A stretch of DNA of 64,000 nucleotides. Origin: Camelus ferus. Lineage: Eukaryota. The position numbers and the translations under genes are program-made. Positions within the stretch are counted from its first letter, which is position 1. The number at the start of each line of letters is the position of its first letter. The stretch lies in NCBI RefSeq assembly GCF_009834535.1, contig NC_045696.1, positions 5,396,001 to 5,460,000 of the forward strand, in the 5' to 3' direction. The notes under the pieces are model-generated. The model worked only from the letters and a program-made list of their open reading frames with translations. It was not told where the DNA came from and did no database searches. Shown one piece after another: positions 11,536 through 22,815 of the stretch.

Positions 11536-13699
11536 CTAGGTCCCTACCAGAGGTCTCCAACCAATTTCTGAATTTCTGGTTAATTTTTTAACTGCTCTGA
11601 CTCACAGATTGAATGAGGGGGAGATCTCTCAAAGTCCATACCTATGAATCAAGGTCTTTCCTCATCACCTCTCTGACTCTACCCGCTCTGCACCACCCCA
11701 CCCCCAACCGCTGGAGTTGATTGCACGTATGTGTACATGCACACACACACACACACGGTTAAAAATTAGTACAGTAAGAGGGAGTTAGGGACCAGACAAC
11801 ATGCAGTGGCGGAAAAATCACAGCCCCTGTGTCATTCTCATATCAACCTCATGTCAATGTCAATCCTCACATTAAACATGTCTATCACATTTCACTCAGA
11901 TGGACTGATGGGACTTAAAGCACCAGCCAGTGCCTGGCACCGTCCTTGCCTGCACTCCCTCCAGGATCCTGCAGGTCCTCGGCGCCCGTGACCTCTTGTC
12001 ACCTGGACCAGTTTCACCTTCCGTGGAGCCCAGCGTGAAGGAGCAGCCGCCACCCACAGCCAGTGTGTGCCTCATACTTTAATTTGATTTGATTTCCGGC
12101 TTAAAAGACAGTTACCTCCTTTGGTCTCATCCTAAATCTATGTGGAGTATCTGTGGAATTATGAGCATGATTTCCTAATTGACACTAAAATAAAGTCAGA
12201 GTTACTAAAATTAACATTGTGTTTGTGCTTCCAAATTCACTTAATGGACTAGTTGTAGAAAAAGTGGTCATCTGGCCCAAAGTCAAGTTTTATAGATTTA
12301 GTCCTGTTTTGTCTCCAGAGGAAGAAACTTGTCTTCTTTTTGAATCTGTTGAAGTGTTTAAAACGTGAATTTTTGGTTCACATGTTGGGACTGTCAGAAG
12401 CTCTTTTATTTTAAGCCCAGCAGAGAAGAAAGAGGTAACATTTTCAAACGCTGAAAATCACTTGGGAGTTTCTATGTCAGGGGAACAAATGGGCTTGCCT
12501 TTGCACAGTGAAAGGAGAAATATCCTGGTTCCGTTTGAAATGATTAACAACAAGAGCTATTTGTGAGTTGTTACTATTTCCTGTGTTAGTTGTGTTTTAT
12601 GACTTTGCAAAAAGTATCCAAAAATGTTTAAACATCTTGGCCTCCAATACAGAAGTAGAGTTTTCCATTCCAGTTGGGTACGGCAGGCTCTGTAATAAAG
12701 CCATGGGGCAAGTGAGCCCTGATCTCTTTATTTGAAAGAGTGGAAAATCACAATGGCTGAATCAGGCACATTTAGCAGAAAACAAAACATAGACCAACCG
12801 AGTCTTACTGAACACCTCACAGCATTCGCTAACCTGATGAGACGGCAAATAGGTTCGTTATTACACATCCCTAGGTTGTAAATGTTTGCTATGATGTCAG
12901 CCACACGTGCTTCAAACATATTGAGAGAAACCCCAGATGACAGGGCTCATGCACATAAGGCATTTTCTCCTGCAGAGAGCAGTCCAGAGGTAGGAGTCCT
13001 GGACCAGCTCACAGAGTCTTTCCTTCTGTCTTCTCTGTAGACTCAGCTGGTAGCAGGAGCAGGAAAAAGGAAAGCTACAAAGGATGTTTACATTTTTTTC
13101 TCTTTTTTCTTAATTGTGCATTCCAAGATTGCTACAAATGTACATACCACTTTGTCATCTGGGAAAGCAAGAGGATCATTCTGGAAACGCTGTAGCTCCT
13201 TGGAGTTCTCTGCTCCTCCTTCTCACAGAAGATTCTCAGCACACATCTCAACATTTAAAGCATCATTGTGGGCAAAGTTAAAACAAAGAAAGTTTTTTGA
13301 AACCACCCTGGCTGGCTAGATGCTTGTTTATTTTACCATGTCACTCTGAGTCCTTTTTGGTCTTTCGGACACTTTCCAGGGTGTTCTGGATGTGAGTTTC
13401 CCTGCTCCCCACTGATCAGTACACCACCTGGCTTAGCAGTGGGAGAGAAGTGCATTATTCGTATTTGACACCGCCACATTAGATGCAGACCTGATGCTAT
13501 CAGGAGAGGGATGTGGTCCACGGAGCGGAGGACACCACATTGTTTAAGTACCTGGTTATTTTCACCACAAATTAAAATCTCATGGATTTAGATTTCTTTA
13601 ATTTGGAATTTATGGTAATATCAAACTTAGAATTAACTTAAACTGTTCTGAACCAAATTAAGAACACAAATAAAATACAGAAGTTTACTGCAGAGAGTA

Positions 13700-14020
13700 T
13701 AATTTTTTAATTTATTTATTTTTAATTTTTTAATGACATATAATTGATTTACAACGTTGTATTTTCTGGTGTACAGCATAGTGACTCAGTTGTACATATA
13801 TGTATTTTTTTCATATTCTTTTCTATTATAGGTTATTACAAGGTATTTGAATATAGTTTTCTGTCCTATATAGTAGGTCCTTGTTGTTTATCTATTCTGT
13901 ATGTAGTAATTAACATCTTCAAATCCCAAACTGCCAATTTATCCCTCCCCACCTCTTTCCCTTCTGGTAACCAAAAGTTTGTTTTCTATGTCTAGGAACC
14001 TGTTTCTGTTTTGTAAATAA
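13700..14020 (-). mobile_element. L1 3' UTR fragment
   Basis: T-rich tail followed by TTGATTTACAACGTTGT...GGTGTACAGCATAGTGACTCAGTT...TAGTAGGTCCTTGTTGTTTATCTATT. Confidence 0.75.
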
Positions 14021-14269
14021 TTTTTAAAGCACTTTAATCAATTATTGGCAGGCAAATCCCAATTACCTATAACAGGTAATAAAATACTGGTGTTCCAGCT
14101 TTAGATAGTATAGGTACTTGAAAAAAAAACTAACTTATTGAACTAAACACGTTTTTCAAACAGTATTTCCACTTTCAAATGTGCTTTCCCTGTGATTTGT
14201 ACCCCTTGTGGGGCTCAATGTTGGTGAACAGTTGAGAAATTGCTTCCCCGGGGCCCAGCACTGAGTAGG

Positions 14270-14430
14270 GGGCCATTTCTACAGTCTCATTCAATCAGCC
14301 CAACAGTCGTGAGAGGTGGGTATTATCATACCCATTTCAGAGACTAAAACTGAGGCTCTAGACATCTCATTGCATGGCCAAGAGTCACACCATCAGTAAG
14401 CCGGGAGTTCTGCCTCTGTCTCTGATTCTG
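14270..14430 (-). mobile_element. MIR SINE
   Basis: GTGAGAGGTGGGTATTATCATACCCATTTCAGAGACTAAAACTGAGGCTC matches the MIR core. Confidence 0.65.
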
Positions 14431-14679
14431 AAGTCTCCCCGAGCTCTTCCCGCTCTCCTGCACAGTCTTTTCATTAGGAAATTTATGGTAAAGTTTAGAA
14501 GGTGCTTCACTAACCGAATCCTTCACCCAGAAAACTGCCCTTATCTTGAAAGATGTGATTTCAGGTGTCTCTCTACAGGCCAGGTTCCTGCCCCCTGCTG
14601 GTCAACCCATCAACCACTGCATACTAGTGTTCCTCTCTGGTAGGGAGGTGGTGGCTTGTTTTGTTAAGTATCTGGACTT

Positions 14680-15480
14680 CTTCAAAATTGAGATATGATT
14701 GACATATAACATGTTCATTTCAGGTGTATAACATAATAATTCAATACATGTATATAGTGTGAAATTATCACTGTGAGTCTAGTTAACATCCATCACCTCA
14801 CATAGTTAACGAAATTTGTTTCTTCTGATGAGAACTTGCAAGATTTACTCTCTTAGCAACTTTCAAATATGCAATATAGTATTATTAACTACAGTTGCCA
14901 TGCTGTACATGACATCCCCAGGACTTATACTGGAATTTTGTAACTTTTGACACCTTCACCCATTTCGCCCTCCCCCTGTCTCTGGGGAACCACCAATCTG
15001 TTCTCTGTATCTAAAGCTTAGGGGTGTTTTTTGGTGGTTTCTTGGTTTCTTTCGGATTCCACATGGATTTTTTGTTTGTTAAATAAACTTTTTATTTTAG
15101 AGTAGTTTTCAATTTACTGAAAAATCCCTTTTATAGTACAGAGAGTTCTCATGTACCACCCCCTCCCTGCTTACTAATAGCTCAAGAGAGTTGGTACCCT
15201 TGTCACAGTTAACGATTCATTCTTATTAATTAAAGCCCAGGCTCTACTCAGATTTCCTGTTTTCCTCTGATGTCCTTTTTTCTTTCCTGAATTCCATCCA
15301 GGATCCGATATGACATTTAGTCATCATGTTTCTTTAGGCTCTTCTTAGCTGTGACAGCTTCTCAGACTTTCCTTGTTTTTGATGCCCTTGACAGTTTTCA
15401 GGAGAACCAGACAGACAGTTTGCAAAATGTCCTTCATTTGGGGTTGGATGTTTTTCATGTCCCATACAGATATAGGGGTG
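14680..15480 (-). mobile_element. Older L1 3' fragments (L1MA-like, then L1MC/MD-like)
   Basis: AGATTTACTCTCTTAGCAACTTTCAAATATGCAATA (L1MA) and CCATCCAGGATCCGATATGACATTTAGTCATCATGTTTCTTTAGGCTC (L1MC/MD). Confidence 0.6.
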
Positions 15481-15566
15481 TTCATTTCATAGGGGAAATT
15501 AAGCAGGTAGTATATAGAAACCCTCTGGACTATATGCAATTTTTCTGTAAATCTAAAACAATTCTA

Positions 15567-15771
15567 ATAGATAAACAACAATTTTCTACTGTAGAGCACA
15601 GGGAACTCTATTCAATATCTTGTACTAACCTATAATGAAAAAGAACACGAAAAGGAATATATGTATATACATGTATGACTGAAACATTATGCTGCACATC
15701 AGGGATTGATGCCACATTGTAAACTGACTACACTTCAATTAAAAGGGTTAAAATTTAAATTAAAATAAAAA
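15567..15771 (+). mobile_element. Short L1 3' end (type B) with TSD
   Basis: ATAGATAAACAACAA...AGCACAGGGAACT...CACTTCAATTAAAA. TSD TAAAACAATTCTA (15554-15566) / TAAAGCAATTCTA (15772-15784). Confidence 0.75.
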
Positions 15772-17513
15772 TAAAGCAATTCTAAAATTTAAAGTTTATT
15801 TTAAAACACCTAAGACCAAAAAAATGGTCAATTGAAAACTAAATCATCAAGAAACCATCTTCATGGGTCAAATTGCCAAAACTTGCTCTGTGACATTAGC
15901 ATCAGTGCTGGGCGTTCACGTGCTGGTGGGCATGACGTCTCTATCTCTCCGGGCCAGCGCGCACACCAGGACCTACAGCGGGAAGGAAAATGCACAGGAA
16001 TGCCAAGCCAAGCGGGCTGCCCCATGTAGCCTACACGTAATATTTGTGTTAGGGACAAATGACGTTTATTGGGCAGCACTGTGTGCATCGAATTTGTGGG
16101 TATTATATACACAAGAGATATATGTGTTCTATTTCTTGTCTGTTTCTTCTGTCTCTCATCAGTTAACGCCCATCGGTTATCAGCCTGACCTTGACCTGCG
16201 AGAGAAGTAGGCCAGGCTGGCCCTCGGCTAAGCCAACATGTAGGCAGGGGGAGCCTGGGGTCTCCTTCTGTGCTAGAACTGGCCCAAGTGAAGCCTGGGA
16301 GAGGGGCAGTCGCCTCCAGAATTTTGTCGTTTACAACACAGGCAGTCCCGATACTCGTTCATTTCCTCAGCACACTGTGGAGCACCTGTTGCCTGTCAGG
16401 GTCTGGTTTTCGTGCCGCACAGACATAAACAGACATGGTTTCTGCCCTCAGAGAGCTCACAGTCAGGTGGAGGAGAAAGGTGTACAATAAAAATGAATCC
16501 CACAAGTGTAAGTGTGGAGTCTAACAGCAGCGAGGGGTGGGCGATGCGGTTTGGCCCTCCCGCAAGGTGTATGTATTAGGGGATGGTCAGGAGGGAGGAG
16601 AGTCAAGACCTGGGTGACGGGTCCCCACTGGGAGAGTCCCAGGCGCTGGGACACGTGCTAAGGGAAGGTATGTAGGCAGGAGGGGGATGCGTGGCCTTCC
16701 AACGCCCTTCAGGTCACCCCAGAGGCCTTGGCTCCTCCATCCACCCCGCGGCCAGGCGGGTTCCCCACAAGCTTGTCCAGGACCTCAGGGGACTGGAGGG
16801 GCCTCGGCTCCCTGACGACAGGGGTCTGATCAGCACTCACTGAGGGGGGTGACCATTAGCTTTGAATGTGCATTTATCCAAGTCTGGTCATCTGCCAGTG
16901 TCAGAAATCCAACACGGATCATCTGAACAAAAGTGAGCAACTTACTGTAAGGACCGCCGACCGCCGAGTGACTCCCGACATCGCGGACAGAATCAGCGCC
17001 GTGCTTCAGGCCCAGGGGGAGCCCGACCCCACACCCCTTCCGTCTCCCCGCCACCCTCGCCTCTGTGTGTGGATGAGGACCAGCTCCTGTTGCTGTCCTT
17101 CCATCAAAAGCCCCAGTCCATCGGCATTCACCTCCAGCCCTGGACAAAGGCTGACTGTATCCTTCCGGCCACATCCAGAGCTCCAGGACAGAAGCTCACT
17201 GATCCATCTTAGTTGGTGTTCACCTCCAGGCGAGTCCGCTGTGGCCTGATGAGCAGGGTCACAAGAGGAAATAGCACTCCACACAGTCCACAGCGGGGTG
17301 ATGGGGGCCAAGCCAACACTGTGTCCACTACGGCCAGGTTTCTAGCTGCAGCCGACAGATGCAAGTCTCCTGTTCTCTGACTTACGTGGCTTCTGACTGC
17401 ACTTGCTGGTCCCCAGGGGCCCTCTGACTCTCCTGGGGGCTCGCGGATGATACTACTTCACCCTCCCAGCGGACGCCATCTGTCCTGTGCACTACTTCGC
17501 CACTGGCCACACC

Positions 17514-17532
17514 TGACCACTAGATGGCGAAG
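17514..17532 (+). promoter_or_regulatory. CTCF-like motif
   Basis: TGACCACTAGATGGCGAAG fits the CTCF core CCAC(T/C)AG(A/G)(T/G)GGC. Confidence 0.45.
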
Positions 17533-18134
17533 ACCTCAGAGGGAGCCAGAGTCACCTGTTACCTCTTTGACACCAGACTCCCCAGTCCCACAGAGAGGAT
17601 ACCCAGAAGACTAGGACAGTGCCTGCTCCCGAGGCAGGAATGTAACAGACCCCTCGTGGCTGCAGGGCAGGGCTCACGCGGGGAGCGGACACGGAGGCCT
17701 GGGGTGAGGGCCCTGCAGCCCAGGCCCGAGGGCCGCCTCCTCTGAGGAACTCTGACGTCATTGAGGTAGACTCGGCATGGTTCTCAGGCTAAGATCCAGG
17801 ATTTCACTGATGGGGGAGACGTCCCGGGAGAATAGCCTCCAAAGAAGCCTGTTTCTGGGTAAATTGAGATAACGCAGTTTTCCTCTGCATCTAACATGAG
17901 AGGGAGCCCTGTGGGCAGGGGCTGTGGTTCTTGGGCCATGTGCTGGATGTCACCCAGGATGTCGGTGCTGAGAGCATCACACAGACAGGGAGGCTGAGCT
18001 GCTGCTGGGAGCGCACGGAGGTCTCAGGAGCTTCCAGAACTGAACATGATGCTCAGTTGGGCAGCAGGTTCCAGACCCAGAGCTGGGGGCCACAGGAAGC
18101 CAGGCCTGGCTCTCAGGTGCTGCTGAAGCCACAG

Positions 18135-18250
18135 GTTCCCCCTCTTCCTCCTTCCCTGCTCCCTCCCTTCCTCCCTCTCTCCTCCCTTCCTCCCTCCATC
18201 CCTTCTCCTTCTCTTCCATCCCACCTTCCCCCTCTCAGGCCTCTCCCAGC
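18135..18250. repeat. C/T-rich low-complexity polypyrimidine tract
   Basis: CCTC/CTTC-type repeats over ~110 bp. Confidence 0.75.
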
Positions 18251-18664
18251 TCCCAGGTTTCATCTCTTCCTCAAGGGCCCATTAGAGACTAACCCATGTC
18301 TTGGTCCCTGTTCTAAGTTCCTGGGGGATGGACTCTGATCACCCACCTGGGTCAGATGTCCCCACTGCCACCTGCTGTTGTAGGCACAGGGATGGGCCAC
18401 CAAGTACAAAAATAGCTGCCAGGGTATTATCTGTGGGTTGGAGGGTAAGTTTCTTAAGAAGCCTTTGTGGACAAGGAGGTTCCTCTAAACACACATTCTA
18501 GAAGCTTGTGGCTCAGGCTGAGGCCCAGCACTCACGACCACAGACTGGCCTCCAGCCTGGATCAGAGAGGCCTCCATCCCTGGGGACCTTAGTGTGTCCC
18601 CTCCTCTGTGTCCCTCCTGCTGGGAAGTGAGTGTGGAAAGTCCCTTTACGAATTCCTGCTCAGA

Positions 18665-18905
18665 CATAGAAAACAAAATGTGCTGGGGGTCAGGGGGAGC
18701 GGGGGGGGGAGGATAAATTAGGAGTTTGGGATTAACAGATAAACATTACTATATATAAAACAGATAAACAACAAGGACCTACTGTATAGCACAGGGAACT
18801 ATATTCAATTTCTGGTGATGAGCTCTAATGGAAAAGAAAAAATACATATATGTAAATATATATATGTGAAAAATATATACGTAAAAAAAAAGGTTTTCAA
18901 AAGGA
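18665..18905 (+). mobile_element. L1 3' UTR fragment (type B-related)
   Basis: GGATAAATTAGGAGTTTGGGATTAACAGA...AACAAGGACCTACTGTATAGCACAGGGAAC, flanked by GAATTCCTGC(T/A)CA on both sides. Confidence 0.75.
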
Positions 18906-18968
18906 AGAATTCCTGCACATCAGAAACTATCCTCTGATGCTGAAAACAACAACAACAAAAGAACACGT

Positions 18969-19203
18969 GGTTCATAAAAATATTTTAATAAAAAATTGAA
19001 ATTAATAAATAATTTTAATTAAAATTTTTTAAAGAATTCTTGATTCATAAAAATTTTAATTAAAAATTTAAAAATAAATAACTAAAATTTTAACTAAAAT
19101 TTTTTTAAAATTTCTGGTTCATAAAAATTTTTAATTAAAAAATTAGAAATAATAATTTAGCATTTTTTAATCAAAAAATCTTTTTAAAGAATTTCTGGTT
19201 CAC
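18969..19203. repeat. AT-rich minisatellite, 3 units of ~73-81 bp
   Basis: Units start G(G/A)TTCATAAAAA at 18969, 19042 and 19116 and end AAAGAATT(T)CT/AAAATTTCT. A partial fourth unit starts at 19197. Confidence 0.85.
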
Positions 19204-19627
19204 ACTGTGGGCTCTGAGTGTGACTCTCCTGCCTTCACATCCTCCATCATGGCACCTAAGTTCCAAACTGGCACCTCCATCTGACCATGTGGGAATTTTG
19301 TCGAGTCTCCCGGCATCCTTCCACGGCTCAAAGACACTTTCTACCCCCAAATTCTGTGAAGGTCACTAAATTAAAACAAACTATACTGCTAAAAATTACT
19401 GTCCGGGCCTTCACATGCTACACAGCCCAGCCCTACATTTTCACTGGAGAAGGAAGAACAGTTGAGCAGCTCGGCCGGCCGCCTCCCTACCTTGGTCAGG
19501 AGGGGTCGCGTTTGCCAGACGGAAGTCAGGCACTTGAGAGCCTGAGCTTCACTTGAAGCAAGAGCTGGTTTCAAATTCTAGTTCCAGTCTGAATGATTTT
19601 AAGTTTGTTCTTTAACCTCCCCAAGCT

Positions 19628-19874
19628 CAAGTTACCAGGTTTAGGGAAAAAAACAGCGCCACCAACAACAAAAATAGACCATCCAGTGAAATTTGAATTT
19701 CAGATAAACACCAGATAATTTTCTGGTATAAATATGCCCTAAACATTGCATAGGGTATGCTTATACTAAAAATGATTTTGGCTTACCTGACTGCTAGGGA
19801 CATACTTATACTAAAACTTCATTGGTGGATTGTCTGAAATTAAATGGACATCCTCTGTTTCATCTGGAAAATCT
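19628..19874. mobile_element. MER53-like palindromic hAT MITE inserted in a MIR (MIR ~19550-20000)
   Basis: CATCCAGTGAAATTTGAATTTCAGATAAACA...GGGACATACTTATACTAAAA...TCTGAAATTAAATGGACATCC. The MIR resumes CAAAATGAGGATAATAAT. Confidence 0.7.
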
Positions 19875-20248
19875 GCAAGTCCCATGACTTCAACAGCAAA
19901 ATGAGGATAATAATTGAACTTACTCTTCATGAGGTTGCTATGTGGGTTTTATTGAATAATCCATGTAGAATATGGGTGCATCAGAAATGCCCAATGTATT
20001 AACATCAGACTCTTGCCATCTCGTGTAGGTTTGCCTTTGACAGTCTTGGTTTATCCCTGTTGCTCCTGGGAAATCATTAATAGTTTCCCGTTTTTGCACT
20101 GAAAACTCTCCCAGTTTGGATGATAGCTTATATGTTCACGACAGGGACAGGGACCAAATGTTTATACTGTACAATTTACACTGTAATTGTCAATTACAAT
20201 TTATACTGTAATTGTCTCCATGTATGTTGAAATGTTTTCCTTAATTTC

Positions 20249-20267
20249 AACCACCAGATGGCACTGC
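20249..20267 (+). promoter_or_regulatory. CTCF-like motif
   Basis: AACCACCAGATGGCACTGC closely matches the CTCF core CCACCAG(A/G)(T/G)GGC(A/G)C. Confidence 0.5.
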
Positions 20268-20644
20268 AGGGTGATGAACTGAAGGGGAAAGTTGCACATA
20301 AAATTTTACCTTAATAAACATATCTAGGTGTCACTCCCCACCTATACACACACACACACACACACACACTCTTCATTTTATTCAGTGAGACTGGATGACT
20401 CAGTAATTCTGTGAATGCTCACCTTAAATTTGGGACAGAAAAAAGACGACTGTAAACAATGCTAATTATAAAACCCATATTTTCTTCTCAAATAGACTAA
20501 AATTGTATTCCCACTTTCATAATTCAGGCTAAAATTAGTCAGAACATTCTCTGTACTCTACAAGGGCAAGGATCTATTTTCTCATTTGCTTGCAATACAT
20601 CATTAGCTTCTAGAAAAGTACCAGGGATAGACAAGTTCTCAATG

Positions 20645-20752
20645 GATAATGAATGAAAAATGAAAGGATAAATGAGTGAGTGAGGGAATGATTGAACGAG
20701 TGAGTGAATGAATGGATGAACAAGTGAGTGAATGAGTGAACGAATGAATGAA
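20645..20752. repeat. (GAAT/GAGT)n microsatellite, probably an L2 3' tail
   Basis: Degenerate TGAA/TGAG tetramers preceded by AAGTTCTCAATGGAT. Confidence 0.7.
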
Positions 20753-22370
20753 TACACACATACCAGGGCTGATTATTAAGATAAATATATGGACCTCGGT
20801 AGCTCGGACTGAAATTTTCTGAAAGTGGGAATGACACGACTCAGTTGAAAACAAAAGCACATATTTCTTTACATTTAGAGAGAGGTATCCGGCATCAGTT
20901 CTATGTCTTGAGAGAATCAAATACTCTCCTTGGGAAAAAGAGGTCAACTAGAATAAAAATCTAAAATATTCACCAACTCGATGTTTGCTTATTCTAAGCT
21001 CAATACAAAAAGGAAGGATTTTCTTCTCGCTTTATTGGAAAGGAGAGAAAAGCACGTTCAAGGGGGATTTGAAGACCCCAGTGTTCAGGAACCAGCAGAC
21101 ACTAAGCAAAAACTGGTCCAAGAGAACAATATTTTTCCAGGCCAGTGCACCCGGGAAAACAGTAAATCATTCCTTTTACAATTCTGTTAATAAATGACAC
21201 ACACAGAAAAAGCACCTTACAAAAATGTGCATCTGCAAAACAGAAGAAGAGAAGCATTTTCGAACATTGGGTCCTGTGGGCCTTTTGAAATTTAACAAAA
21301 AGAAAATTCCACTTGGTAACCAGCTATGTGTATTGTTAGTCCAGAATAAATTCACGATCATAAGGAAATGCTCCTACATCACAGGGATATTCACAGAGTT
21401 CAGCGCCCTGCCAAGACCTCCAGATGTGCCCCTGGGAGAAGCCCTTGGAAACGTGGAGAGGACAGTCCATATTAAGTGAAGTAGAAATGCCAGAATTGAG
21501 GATGCAGAAGACGGAGGAGGCTCAAACGGCTCAGAGACGTGGGCACGCCAAACACACTGATCACGCCAGCCCAGCCGAGCATCCGCTGTGTTCTTGGGGA
21601 CCGTCTGGAGGACAGTGGTGAGGAGTCCTCAGGTGAGAGGCCATTGGCACTGTTGGGCAGCTGAGGGGTGGCTGACATCAGGATGCTGCAGCAGGTCGGG
21701 GCTCCCTGATAGCAGTGGGAGGGAACCCACAAACTTCAGAGGCCTGGGGGCAGCATTTCTCAGTCAGCAGCCACTCAAATGCAATTATCGTCACAGGTAC
21801 AAGATTGGGGATGCAGCTCGAGGAGAGCGGTGGAGGTGGTGGTACCAGGACTGTGTTCCAAGGAGCAACACAGACGAGCAGCCGGTGGGGCAGTGCCCTA
21901 TCTCTACAATCAACCAAAATCCAGGACGGGTGATGGGGACCCTGAGGGCAGCCGCCAAGGACCGGTACCAGCCCCCTGCCCACTTTCTGTACCTCAGCCA
22001 GTCCTCAGGGCTGAAGCCCGTTAAAGGAGAAGCTGGGTTCTCGGGAGGAGAGACCCTCAACATCACAGCGGAAGCATCTGGTCACAATTCCCCAGGCATC
22101 CCCCTAAAGGGACCTCCAGCCACCAACGTGGGTGACTGCACATGGAGGAAAGGGGACGGTCGCGGTCGAGGACTGCTGTTTATGATTGTTGATACTCAGG
22201 GATTCGCAGCATCAGCAGGCCACCCCAGTTGGAGCTGGGGGCACGTTGGGGCTAGAAAATAAAGACAGACTTGGCCCAGGACCAGCAGGTGCACAGGCTT
22301 ACCCAGGGGTCGGACCCCTTCCTCCGCGTATGACTGGGATGGACAGACTTGGGAGCTGGCAGAACCCACA

Positions 22371-22815
22371 TGTGATAGGTTGAATTGTGTTTCCCCCAGA
22401 ATTCATATTCTGAAGTTCTAATCCCCAGTGCCTCAGAACGTGGCCTGATTTAGAAATGACTGTTGCAAATGTAATCAGTTAAGGCCATTAGGAAGGGCCC
22501 TGATCTGCTCTAACTGGTGTCCTTGTAAAAGAGAGAAATTGGACCCAGAGACACACACAGGGAGAACGCCATGTGGAGACGGAGGCAGAGGTCGGGGTGA
22601 TGCTTCCACAGGCCGAGGAACGTCAAGGATGCCAGCAGCCCCCAGAAGCTGGGGGAGAGCCTGGGACAGACTCTCCCTTGCAGCCTCGGAAGGAAACGGC
22701 CCTGCCCACACCGTGACCGTGGACTTCTGGCCTCCAGAGCTGGGAGAGAATGACTTGTTTCAACTGCTTGGCTTGTGGCACTTCGTCTGAGACGCCCCGG
22801 GACTCTGCTCTACCA
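22371..22815 (+). mobile_element. MLT1C-like LTR inserted in the ERV-L fossil
   Basis: TGTGATAGGTTGAATTGTGTTTCCCCCAGAATTCATATT...CCTCAGAACGTGGCC...GGACTTCTGGCCTCCAGAGCTG. Confidence 0.8.

Noticed and set aside
12961..13055. Exon-like acceptor/donor patterns (TTTTCTCCTGCAG...GAG/GTAGGA; TTCTCTGTAG)
   Set aside because: The implied exons are only 9-14 nt and lie in sequence resembling an old MLT1 fragment. No supporting reading frame.
18969..19203. CRISPR-like repeat-spacer periodicity
   Set aside because: Whole units are homologous, with no unique spacers. Eukaryotic context and no cas genes.
21588..22262. 224-aa ORF as a novel host gene
   Set aside because: Explained as decayed ERV-L gag/pro. 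No ATG at the annotated start, and similarity shifts between frames.
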